A stretch of 64,000 nucleotides of DNA from an uncultured delta proteobacterium. GTDB taxonomy: Bacteria; Myxococcota_A; Polyangia; Polyangiales; Polyangiaceae. The DNA is taken from the NCBI GenBank assembly GCA_963696385.1, contig CAVOKF010000006.1, forward strand, positions 416,001-480,000. The letters run 5' to 3'. Under the pieces are notes generated by a model. That model saw nothing but the letters and a program-made list of their open reading frames with translations. It ran no database searches and was not told where the DNA came from. Both the position numbers and the translations under genes were made by a program. How positions within the stretch are numbered: the first letter of the stretch is position 1; the number at the start of each line of letters is the position of its first letter. Shown here one piece after another: positions 30,390-39,214 of this stretch.

Positions 30390-31268
30390 ATGGCCGCGAA
30401 ATGGCTCTGGCGCCTGGGGGGAGCCGGCACTCTGTTCGGGGTCGCCGCGGCCGCGTGCGCGACCCGGGCGCCCGTGTCGCGGCTCGAAGACAAGGCGCGC
30501 CTCGACGTTCCGATTGCCATCTGTCGCAGAGCTCTGGCGCCCGGCGAGATCAGCGACGGCGGATCGCCCCATCCAGATGCTTATTGGAGCGTGGTGTTTG
30601 CGGGCTTCCACGGCTTTGGCGTCGCAGCCAATCCGAGCGACGTCGACTGCGTGGGAGAGACGCACGCTGAGCCGTTTCGAGGCCTGCAGGTCTCGTCCGC
30701 GTCGACTGCGCCGGAGGACACCGTCGTGGTGTCCGGCGAAGACGGCGTACAAGCCGTCTGGTTGCGCGCCTTCCGGATGGGCGAGCCCCTCGCCGAGGGG
30801 CCCCTTGCACTCGTGCGGCCGCGTGCCTCCGAAATCGACGTCTACGCCATCGGAAATTATCGCGGCAGCGCGCGTCACTCGCGCTTTACCCTCGCCCGGA
30901 TCGGGTCAGCCCGCGTCGTCATCGCCGACGACGACGGCTGCGCGGACGTGAAGGTCGACGCGGAGTGCGAGAGCACGTTCACGTTCTACGTGATGGTCGG
31001 CGGTCAGCTCGTGGCCGCAGTCAGCACGCCCGCGCAGCGCATTCGGTACGGTACGCAGAAGGGTCTCGGCCGGGTTCAATATCGACTCACGACCGATCCC
31101 CCCGTCATCGACAAGCTTGTCGCGCGCGTTCACGAACGCTTGCAAGTGCGCGACGCGAACGATGAGGACACCCGCAAGGCGGAAGGCGATCGCGCGTTCG
31201 TCTTGGGCGACGATGGCCGGCTCGTCGCGCAACAAGACTCGCTGTGGTCCCAGGTCCCCAATCCGTGA
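30390..31268 (+). CDS. Hypothetical lipoprotein
   Basis: Lipobox AAAC; beta-rich; additional Cys pairs. Confidence 0.7.
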   Translation: MAAKWLWRLGGAGTLFGVAAAACATRAPVSRLEDKARLDVPIAICRRALAPGEISDGGSPHPDAYWSVVFAGFHGFGVAANPSDVDCVGETHAEPFRGLQVSSASTAPEDTVVVSGEDGVQAVWLRAFRMGEPLAEGPLALVRPRASEIDVYAIGNYRGSARHSRFTLARIGSARVVIADDDGCADVKVDAECESTFTFYVMVGGQLVAAVSTPAQRIRYGTQKGLGRVQYRLTTDPPVIDKLVARVHERLQVRDANDEDTRKAEGDRAFVLGDDGRLVAQQDSLWSQVPNP

Positions 31269-31276
31269 GGCTAACG

Positions 31277-31368
31277 GGTCGAGGTCGGGGGTCGAGAGAG
31301 GACGAGGGTCGGGGTCGAGGTCGGGGGTCGGGGTCGAGGACGAGGTCGGGGGTCGGGGTCGAGGTCGC
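31277..31368. repeat. G-rich hexamer array (GGGGTC/GAGGTC) between convergent genes
   Basis: Read directly. Confidence 0.85.
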
Positions 31369-31379
31369 GCGCGATCCGC

Positions 31380-32699
31380 TCAAGGCCCGGCTTTGCCTTG
31401 GCGGGCGAGGTGCTCTCGGTAGCCGGAGGCGAGATCGGGGCCCAGGATCGCGTCGATCCGCCGTCTCTCGTCGGCGAGATGGTCGAAGCGCTCTCGGTAA
31501 GCCAGCCACAGCGCGCGGTACCGGCCGAACACCGCGCCCATTCCCGCATCCTCCTTGACCGCGCGTTCGATGGTATCGGGCGAAATCTCGTCGAGCAGAC
31601 ATCCGACACCGTGCATCACCGTGTCGACCATCGCCGCCTGCTGCATGACCACGTCGGACAAAACGCTCTCGATCACGTCGGGGGCGTCGTAATCGTGGTT
31701 GCGCCAGTCGAGCAGCGAGGCCGCGAGCGTCGCGGGGTCCGCCGCGCGTTCGGTCCGAAGCGCGCTCGCCGAGGCGCCGCCGCGCCGCGCCGTCCGCGAT
31801 GGGGCCAGACGGGCGTCGCGAAGCGGTACGAAGCAGCGACAAAACACTTCGACCAGATCGTGCAGCTTGGTGACCAGTCGTGCGACGTCGCCCGTCGTTT
31901 CGAGCGGCACGCCCGGAACCAGCGACGACGCGAGCTCTCGGAGCCCGAGTAGCGCGAGGATCTCCGCGCTCATCGACAAGTGCTGCGTGCTGCGCCCGGC
32001 ATCCGCCCGGGCTGCGGCGCCCAGACGCTGGGGCGGGGGCGATGGGCGATTTCCGGGCGACGCGAGAGGCGGAAGACCGAAGGCGGAAGCGCCCGGCAAG
32101 GGAGACAGCCCGGGCAAACTGGCGTTGCCGGCGGCGGGCGCACCGGCCGCGGGCGCAACGTAGACCGGGGGGCGCTCGCCCGAGGATCGCTCCCCGATCG
32201 AGAGCGGCGGCAAGGGCACGATGCCCTGAGAGCCCACGCCGGGCGCTCGCGCGGGCAAGGCGTTTCCGAGCGCCGAGCCGACGGCGTCACCCGATCCGGC
32301 CCATCCTCCGGCCATCGCGGCACGGTTGCCGAGCACCGCTCCGTGAAACGACGACGCGCGCTGTCCGATGTCTCGACTCTCCTCGAACGTTTCGACCCAG
32401 ACCTCGACGGTGCGACCGACCACGAAGGTATGGCCGAGTGCGCTGAGCGGTATCGATCGCCCGGCTGGCAAACGCGCCATGTTGCGGTCGTACACCCCAT
32501 TTCTGCTGTTCAAATCGCGAACGCAGAGTTGGTCGTCGACCAGATCCAGCACCGCGTGAAAATCCGAAATGAACGGGTGCCCGAGAGCGCAATCGTTCAT
32601 CGCGTTACGACCCAGGCGCACGGGCATTTGCCGGAGCACCCGTTCGCCCTGCAGGCTGCCGTCACGCGATCGGAAACGAACACGAACGCCGAGCGCCAT
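31380..32699 (-). CDS. tagH: T6SS-associated FHA domain protein
   Basis: FHA (LGRN, ISDFHA, DLNSRNG), Pro-rich linker, helical C-terminus (Q.AM, ISPDTIE, W..YRERF); in operon with tssM. Confidence 0.8.
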   Translation of the reverse strand: MALGVRVRFRSRDGSLQGERVLRQMPVRLGRNAMNDCALGHPFISDFHAVLDLVDDQLCVRDLNSRNGVYDRNMARLPAGRSIPLSALGHTFVVGRTVEVWVETFEESRDIGQRASSFHGAVLGNRAAMAGGWAGSGDAVGSALGNALPARAPGVGSQGIVPLPPLSIGERSSGERPPVYVAPAAGAPAAGNASLPGLSPLPGASAFGLPPLASPGNRPSPPPQRLGAAARADAGRSTQHLSMSAEILALLGLRELASSLVPGVPLETTGDVARLVTKLHDLVEVFCRCFVPLRDARLAPSRTARRGGASASALRTERAADPATLAASLLDWRNHDYDAPDVIESVLSDVVMQQAAMVDTVMHGVGCLLDEISPDTIERAVKEDAGMGAVFGRYRALWLAYRERFDHLADERRRIDAILGPDLASGYREHLARQGKAGP

Positions 32700-32750
32700 A
32701 GCCGCGATCGAGCCTAGCCTCGCGCGGGCGAGCGGGAAAGTTCGGCAGGG

Positions 32751-35700
32751 TCAGGGCTTGACCACTCGGACGTCTTCGGGGCAGTGAAGGCGAGAAAAGA
32801 AGTCCGACCGGAACGCGTCGACCTTGCCCTCGGGCCGCAACTTGAGCGTCAGCGGAGGGCAGTCGCTCGCGTAGATCGAACGGCTCGTCTGCGACGGCTT
32901 GAGGCCGCCGAGATGGTCGAACAGGTCGAACAGCGAAAACGAGTGCCGTCCGAGCTCCTCGGTGGGCCGACCGTCCTGCTGCCACTCCACGCGGACGTCT
33001 TCGCCGAACCAGCGGATGGGGCCTGCCCACTGGGCTTTGGGCAGGGCCGTGTCCTTCGACCCGACCCAGAACTTTGCCGCCGTCACGTTCGCCGCCGTCC
33101 AGTCCGCCTGCACCGAAAGCTTGAACCCCGGCTCCTCGCCCGTATTGAAGAACGCATCGGTGATTTCTTGAGCCACCGTCAAACACGCCAGCAGATCGGG
33201 CGTCAGCGAATCGGCTCCTTGTTTGGCGATGTACCGGCCGTCTCCGTTTTCCTCGACCCAGTCGGCCAGGTGCGCATGGACGAATCCCCACAGGGTGCCG
33301 TCGGGACGAAAAAACGTTCCGAAGTCACCGAAATTGGCCGGCTCCGCATGCGCGGATCGGGCGAAAGGAAACCGCTGCCGGAGCTTCTGATCCCAGGCGG
33401 TCCAAACGCCGGACTTCCAATCGCCCGACAGCGCCGTGACCCCCTCTGCTTTGGCCGCCATGACGCCGCCCATCACGGGAGGCATGAGCAGGCGCCAGAG
33501 CCGACCCCGCGCCGGCTCCTCGACTCCGTCGAGCAGTGCGGCGACGCCGGTGCCGGCTTCCGTGAAGGGGCTACGGGCGTCGAGGCTCATGGGCTTCGGA
33601 TCGGGCGGAGCGTCGAGCGCCGCTTTCAGCTTGTCGAGGATCGCAAGGTAGGTGTCGAGGGCGGCCGTCGAGCCCGAAGGTCCTTTCTTGTCCGCCCCCA
33701 CGTCGCCGGCGAAGATCAAAAGCGGCCGAAAGCTTCGCTCGACCGGAGAGGGGGCCGATGCCTTCGCCGCCGCGTCGGGTTCGGAGGACAGCCAGGGAAT
33801 CCGGTTGAGAAGGCTCGTCTCTCGGGCAGCCGGTTCGTCGTCGTGAATGGCGTTCTGTTTGAACTGATCGAAGAGAGTCCGGTAGAAGCCGTCGCCCTCC
33901 TTGAATGCCGCAAGCTCCGCCTTCGCCACAGTCACGTCGCCGGGAATCTTCACCTTCAGCTCGTCGAGAAACGACATCCAACGTCGGATGTATTCGTCGA
34001 AGTACTCAACCAGGACTTGTTGGCGCAACGCCCGGTCGTCGGCGGGCAGGCTCGCGTCGTCCAAGACCCAGCGCTCGACGTAGACCGATGGAGGAAGCGG
34101 GGTCGGTGAATGCAGGACCTCGCGAACCTTCGGCCAGCCGGATGCCGTGAACGGTCCGGGCACTTGAACGTCGCCTCGCGACGCCAGAAACTCGATCGCC
34201 GTGGGGCTGAACACGGCACTCGCGCGCACTGCGGGAGCATCGGTCGCGGCCAACAGGATTCGGCGATAAGGCATCCCGCGGACGTCGAGCCGACGCAGCC
34301 GGTCGCGGGCCGAGGCGAGCGCGCGGCCCGCGGGCCAAGCGAGCCCTGGATTCGCTTCGAGCGCGGCCAGGTAATTGCGCGCGTGCTCGATCAGCCGCTC
34401 TTCGGGCACGGCCTCGCCATCGGGCAGAATGGATTGCCACGCACCCGCGAGATGTCGGGCGGCCCATGGGGTGTTGGCGTGCCCTTTCGGTTGGCTGAGC
34501 GTGGCGAAGAGCTTCACGGTCTCGTAGGCCTGGTGCAGTGGAGTGTCGTCGTCGAGGCTTTCTGGCAGGTCGGGCAAACCGTGACCCGAGCTGATCGCGT
34601 CGAGGCGTCGCTCGAGCTCTCGACGAAGTCGGTGCGACATCCAGGCGTGCAGCCGGCCGACGTACGCTTGGCGCAAGGGCTCGCGCAGATCGTACGCGGC
34701 GCGCGGCCCGAACCAGCCGGAGATCCCGATGGCGTGGGCTTCGCTCTCGCATCGGTTGAGCGCGTCGAGCGCCGGTTCGACCGGATCGCCGCGCGTGCCG
34801 GGGATCCTGGAGGGGTCGGCCGTGGAAAGCGCGTTGGCGGCGGCTTGCACCGAATCTGCGAGCTCGGCATTGTGCACGTAGCTCGCAAGCGCCGGGCCGA
34901 GCACGAACAGGGCTACCGCGAGCGCAAGGAGCGACACGCGCAGATCCGTGCTGGCATGTCTGCGGTTGCCGCTCGGGGATCGACGCGCGAGATGTCGATC
35001 CGGCAAAATGACCGATCGAAAAAGGTCCGTCAGGAAGAATCGCGCAGTCGACCGCCCGCGGGCTTGGGTCGAAGTCCCGGGCGCCCCATCGGTTGCGGTC
35101 GCCGTCGGGTGAGCCGCGAGAGCCACCGGCGCCCCGGCGCTGACGAAGTAAAAGCCCCGCAAGAGGGGACCCACAAGGGCGGGTCCGGGCCGGCACAGGG
35201 TCTCGGCCAGTCGAGCCACGGGCGAGGTCAACGAGCGGAACTCGAGCGGGTATCGCAGCAGCCGTAGCCGCCTTTGCGGGTCACCCTCCAGAGGCAGCTG
35301 ATCGATCGGCCGCGCCCGAAGCGGTTGGGCGAGAATGTCGAATTCCCGTTCCACCGCCTGGGACGCGTGGACGCCGAGTGACTCGTCGTCGGCAGAGAAC
35401 GAAGCGCCCCAGGTCGAATCATCCGGCTTTGGAAATCCCCCCCAGAACTCGATGAAGCCCGGAATTCGGTCGGCCAGAGTCGTTACGACGTAGACGGGCA
35501 CGATCGTCTCGAGACGATCGACCACGTCGTCGATTCGTGCTCGAAGCCGTTTCGAAGTGCCGAAGGCCGCCCATTGTGCCGACACGATCTCCGCCGCGCT
35601 GACGGTGAGCAGTACTGCGCTGACGGGTGGGTCGGGACGCAAGCGTCGAAGTTCCGCCAGCAGCGCGAGCCACTGGTCGCGGGCGCTGTCGTCGTCTTCG

Positions 35701-36188
35701 ACGCGCACCCTCGCCTCGACCGCGATGGCATCTTGGGAGCACCACACGTCGAACGGCGCAGGCGCGTCGCGTCCTTCCGGCCCCCCGTTCGGTACCGGTA
35801 CGGGCATGACCGACAGCCCGAGCGCCTCGAGCAGCGTCGTTTTGCCGGACCCCGGGGGACCGAGCACCAGGATCAGCGGAAGCCGACGAGTCGGCCCCCG
35901 TCCCCCGCGAGCTCGGCGGACCAGCCTGAACGCCTTGCGAATCCGAGCCCGGAGCGCGGAAAGATCGGGCCGGCGATCGCCGGCGGCCGCAAGCTTATTC
36001 GAAGCCCGCGAGGCCTCGGCCTGCTTCATGCGGTCGCGGGTCCAGGGCACGACGATGAGCAGCATCGCGGCGAAGACGACGATCGCCGTGAGCACCTCGG
36101 CGAACCATCGAATTTCGGGCACGAAGAACGCGAGCACCCAGACGCCGATCAGCACCAGCGTGACCAGGATGACGAGAGCCCAGCGCAT
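32751..36188 (-). CDS. tssM: T6SS membrane subunit IcmF
   Basis: Two N-terminal TMs, GPPGSGKTT, PVYVV.T.AD..PGF.EF, LRGFYFVS, RFPF, F..FFRPDG. Confidence 0.9.
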   Translation of the reverse strand: MRWALVILVTLVLIGVWVLAFFVPEIRWFAEVLTAIVVFAAMLLIVVPWTRDRMKQAEASRASNKLAAAGDRRPDLSALRARIRKAFRLVRRARGGRGPTRRLPLILVLGPPGSGKTTLLEALGLSVMPVPVPNGGPEGRDAPAPFDVWCSQDAIAVEARVRVEDDDSARDQWLALLAELRRLRPDPPVSAVLLTVSAAEIVSAQWAAFGTSKRLRARIDDVVDRLETIVPVYVVTTLADRIPGFIEFWGGFPKPDDSTWGASFSADDESLGVHASQAVEREFDILAQPLRARPIDQLPLEGDPQRRLRLLRYPLEFRSLTSPVARLAETLCRPGPALVGPLLRGFYFVSAGAPVALAAHPTATATDGAPGTSTQARGRSTARFFLTDLFRSVILPDRHLARRSPSGNRRHASTDLRVSLLALAVALFVLGPALASYVHNAELADSVQAAANALSTADPSRIPGTRGDPVEPALDALNRCESEAHAIGISGWFGPRAAYDLREPLRQAYVGRLHAWMSHRLRRELERRLDAISSGHGLPDLPESLDDDTPLHQAYETVKLFATLSQPKGHANTPWAARHLAGAWQSILPDGEAVPEERLIEHARNYLAALEANPGLAWPAGRALASARDRLRRLDVRGMPYRRILLAATDAPAVRASAVFSPTAIEFLASRGDVQVPGPFTASGWPKVREVLHSPTPLPPSVYVERWVLDDASLPADDRALRQQVLVEYFDEYIRRWMSFLDELKVKIPGDVTVAKAELAAFKEGDGFYRTLFDQFKQNAIHDDEPAARETSLLNRIPWLSSEPDAAAKASAPSPVERSFRPLLIFAGDVGADKKGPSGSTAALDTYLAILDKLKAALDAPPDPKPMSLDARSPFTEAGTGVAALLDGVEEPARGRLWRLLMPPVMGGVMAAKAEGVTALSGDWKSGVWTAWDQKLRQRFPFARSAHAEPANFGDFGTFFRPDGTLWGFVHAHLADWVEENGDGRYIAKQGADSLTPDLLACLTVAQEITDAFFNTGEEPGFKLSVQADWTAANVTAAKFWVGSKDTALPKAQWAGPIRWFGEDVRVEWQQDGRPTEELGRHSFSLFDLFDHLGGLKPSQTSRSIYASDCPPLTLKLRPEGKVDAFRSDFFSRLHCPEDVRVVKP

Positions 36189-36191
36189 GAC

Positions 36192-36893
36192 TCAGGGCCC
36201 CTCGCTCGACGACGCCGGCACCGGCATGGCGGCCGTCAGGTCCCGAGTGACTCGCTGGATCCGGTTGCTCAGAACGAACTGCAAGCCGAAGAGCGCGATC
36301 GCACACAGCGCCGCGCAGGCCAGCACCGCTCCGAGGGTCACGGGCGGCGGTCGGCGGCGAGCGACCGGCTGCGCCAGCGGGACGGCGTTCGGCGCAATCC
36401 AGGCCGGATTGTGCCCGGCGAGCAGCAGAAGACGCGCCGGCTCCGCGTACGCGCGGGCGCTCTGCAGACCGGCTGCTCCGCGCAGCGCTCCCACGAAGCC
36501 GAGCGCGATGCATGTATAATACACTTCGAGCGCCCAGAACGGAGCGCCCCGCTGTCCGAGAGCCCGCATGCGCGCGAAAAAATTCTCTCCGGCCGTGTAT
36601 TCCCGAAAGAACTGCAATTGCAGCGGATTGCTCATCCACTCGGTGCGGCCGGCCCAGTTGGACCGGAGCACGCGGTCGTCGATGAACGCCACGATGGCGT
36701 AGCGCGCTTCGGCAATCTCGTCGTCGGGGATGCGCGCGTTGCGGCAACGCGCGACGAAGTCGGCCAGCAAGGCCATCATGCTTTGCCGCAGCGCATCGGC
36801 GGAGGGCGGGATCGGGCCGTCGCCGATTTGCGCCGCAGCCGCGAGCGCTTCGACGCTCGCGCGATACATCGCGTCCGCACTCGGCTCACTCAT
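36192..36893 (-). CDS. tssL: T6SS DotU/TssL
   Basis: ARYAIVAFIDD, W...PLQ, AGENFF, LEVYY.CI.LGF.G, C-terminal TM. Confidence 0.9.
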   Translation of the reverse strand: MSEPSADAMYRASVEALAAAAQIGDGPIPPSADALRQSMMALLADFVARCRNARIPDDEIAEARYAIVAFIDDRVLRSNWAGRTEWMSNPLQLQFFREYTAGENFFARMRALGQRGAPFWALEVYYTCIALGFVGALRGAAGLQSARAYAEPARLLLLAGHNPAWIAPNAVPLAQPVARRRPPPVTLGAVLACAALCAIALFGLQFVLSNRIQRVTRDLTAAMPVPASSSEGP

Positions 36894-36898
36894 GACCG

Positions 36899-38257
36899 TC
36901 AGCGCAGGTACATCGGGTCAATGGCATACACGGCGATCGCGGCGTCCTTCCAGTCCGCATCGCTCGGCAGATAGAGGGCGAGCGTGCTGCTCTTCGCGAT
37001 CTCCTCCCAGAACGGTCCTTCGCGGCGAAGACGAAAGAAGCAAAGGCCCGGCTTGAGCGGCAACGAGCTCGACGGGTTCCAGTCGACTTCGGCACGAACG
37101 CCGTGTCGCGCCTGTTTGACGACCTCGATGATGTGCTTCCAGTCCGCCACCTTGAGCAGTTGAGGGATGCGCTCGCGCACGCTCGCATCGGCGAGGGCCG
37201 AGCGCACGGCGACGAAGAACTCGTGGTTGGCGAGTCGGGGCTCGGGGATGCGCCCGACGAACATGCCGTCGGGGCGCCGTTGAAGGGGAATTTCCGTGTA
37301 AACGGGCAACGAATCGACCGTCAGAAGGGACAGAGCGCGCGCGAAGAGGAACTCGAACAGGTCGCCCAGGCGGGCGTAGTCGAACCGCGGAATCGCAGAC
37401 GGCTCTAAGTCGGCCGAGAACGTCGCCAGTTGCCCGACCAGCCTCGCGAGCGCCAGGTAGACCTCCTCGGGGTGGGCTCGATCGGTGTCGACCAAGTGCG
37501 AGATGACGGGGATGGCGCCGTTCAGCGTATGCAACAGCCAAAAGCGACGTGCGTCGGTGTAATGAAACTCGACGCTCGATACGTTGCGTTGTTTTCGCGC
37601 CGCGGTGAGTTCGCGCTGGCGCGCGACCATCGCACCGAGGACGCGACGCAACCCGCTCGTCACGAACGGCGCGACCGAGATGTGAGTCACCGGAGGCACG
37701 AACGTGTCGCGCACGACCACTCGGCCGTCGGCTTGGCGAACCAGCTGCGCGACCGGCAAGGTGGTCATGCCCTCTCGCCGCTCGGTCCCGAACACGATCC
37801 GCACGTTGGGGAGGGCGAACTCGACTTCCTGAGGATTGCCTCCCGTGTTGAAGTCGTCGACACCGACCGTCTGGCGGCCGAAGCGCTGCTGGCCCGTCGG
37901 GGCTCCCGGCGGCGCCACGTTGGATAGGCCTTCGCTCGTGATGCCCACCAGCACGTCGAGCGCATTCTCTTCCGACCGGAGATGGGGCTCGAAGGATCGC
38001 GGCTCGGGAAGCGGGTCGCCATGCTGTCCGCCGCATTGCACGACGAGGCCATCCGGCCAAACCGCCGCCAAGCGGCGCAATCCGAAATGGCCTGCCTGAA
38101 GGAGGCGATCGTCGATCTCGAGCACGGACAGGCCCCAGTCGTACCGGCGCAGGGCGGACACGCGCTCTCGAAGCCGATCTTCGTGAAAGCGATCTTGAGC
38201 CTGAAAATGGTGCTGGCTGACGAACAGCCCTTCGGTCCAAATCGGCCTACGCCACAT
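36899..38257 (-). CDS. tssK: T6SS baseplate TssK
   Basis: WTEGLFVSQHHFQAQDR, WG, FVPP, HPEEVY. Confidence 0.92.
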   Translation of the reverse strand: MWRRPIWTEGLFVSQHHFQAQDRFHEDRLRERVSALRRYDWGLSVLEIDDRLLQAGHFGLRRLAAVWPDGLVVQCGGQHGDPLPEPRSFEPHLRSEENALDVLVGITSEGLSNVAPPGAPTGQQRFGRQTVGVDDFNTGGNPQEVEFALPNVRIVFGTERREGMTTLPVAQLVRQADGRVVVRDTFVPPVTHISVAPFVTSGLRRVLGAMVARQRELTAARKQRNVSSVEFHYTDARRFWLLHTLNGAIPVISHLVDTDRAHPEEVYLALARLVGQLATFSADLEPSAIPRFDYARLGDLFEFLFARALSLLTVDSLPVYTEIPLQRRPDGMFVGRIPEPRLANHEFFVAVRSALADASVRERIPQLLKVADWKHIIEVVKQARHGVRAEVDWNPSSSLPLKPGLCFFRLRREGPFWEEIAKSSTLALYLPSDADWKDAAIAVYAIDPMYLR

Positions 38258-38340
38258 CGGCGGGAACCTTCGGGAGAAACAAAGTACACGCGGCACGACA
38301 TGAATCATTCACGCCAGCCAACCGTTCGACGATCCACGAG

Positions 38341-38356
38341 TGGCGCAGCGCTTGCA
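38341..38356 (+). promoter_or_regulatory. Sigma54 -24/-12 promoter upstream of hcp
   Basis: TGGCGCAGCGCTTGCA, near-consensus. Confidence 0.6.
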
Positions 38357-38580
38357 GCGCGCACGGTGCGTCTCCGCACGGCCCCCATCCAGCTGCGAGG
38401 AGCACGGCGCCGACCTTACCACGAGCCCCGCGCGGCGCGGAAGGTTCACCCACGATCCGAAAAAGGATCACCCGTTAAGACGACAAGCATGGCAACGTTT
38501 CCCGGGTTACTGAATCGGGAGTCAACCAGACGCCCTGCCGCGGGGTTTCACGGGCAACGGGGCGATAGAGAGGTGGGAAC

Positions 38581-39084
38581 ATGGCGAGCAATATTTTCCT
38601 GTTGATTAACAGCCAGGACGGCGGTGCGGTCCAGGGCGAGTCGGTCGTGGCCGATTACAAGAACCAAATCGAGGTCACCGGTGTGCAATGGGGGGTCTCG
38701 CAGACCGGTTCGGCGCACAGCGGGTCTGGCGGCAGCACCGGGACGGCCACGGTCGATGACATCACGATTACGGCTGTCGTCGACAAGTCATTCCCCATTC
38801 TCGCTCAAATGGCCCATACGGGCGCGCACGTCGCCAACTCGACGTTGACGATATGCAAGACCACCGGGGGAAAGCTTCTGCCGTATCTGGTCGTCAAAAC
38901 GACCGGCGGGCTCGTCTCGAGGGTCTCGCTCAACGGAACCACGCCCGAAGGGGGAACGTCCATTCACACGATGCTCGTGAGCCTGAACTGCGCGCAAGTG
39001 GAGTTCGATTACACGCCGCAAACCGCGGCAGGGCAGGGTGGAGCCGCCGTCACCGGCAAGCTCGACATCGCGGGCAACGCGTAG
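38581..39084 (+). CDS. hcp: T6SS tube protein Hcp
   Basis: GES...YKNQIEV, WGVSQ, VDKSFP.L, FDYTPQ; GAGGTG RBS. Confidence 0.9.
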   Translation: MASNIFLLINSQDGGAVQGESVVADYKNQIEVTGVQWGVSQTGSAHSGSGGSTGTATVDDITITAVVDKSFPILAQMAHTGAHVANSTLTICKTTGGKLLPYLVVKTTGGLVSRVSLNGTTPEGGTSIHTMLVSLNCAQVEFDYTPQTAAGQGGAAVTGKLDIAGNA

Positions 39085-39214
39085 TCGCGGATCGCCGTTG
39101 TCCGAGACCGCCGGCCCTCGCGCGCCGCCCGTGAACTCTCGGGCGCTCCCTGCCCGGGGGGGGACCGGGGACCACCCCACGGCCATGGCTGGGCGGGCGG
39201 GGCGTGGCCCCGAT

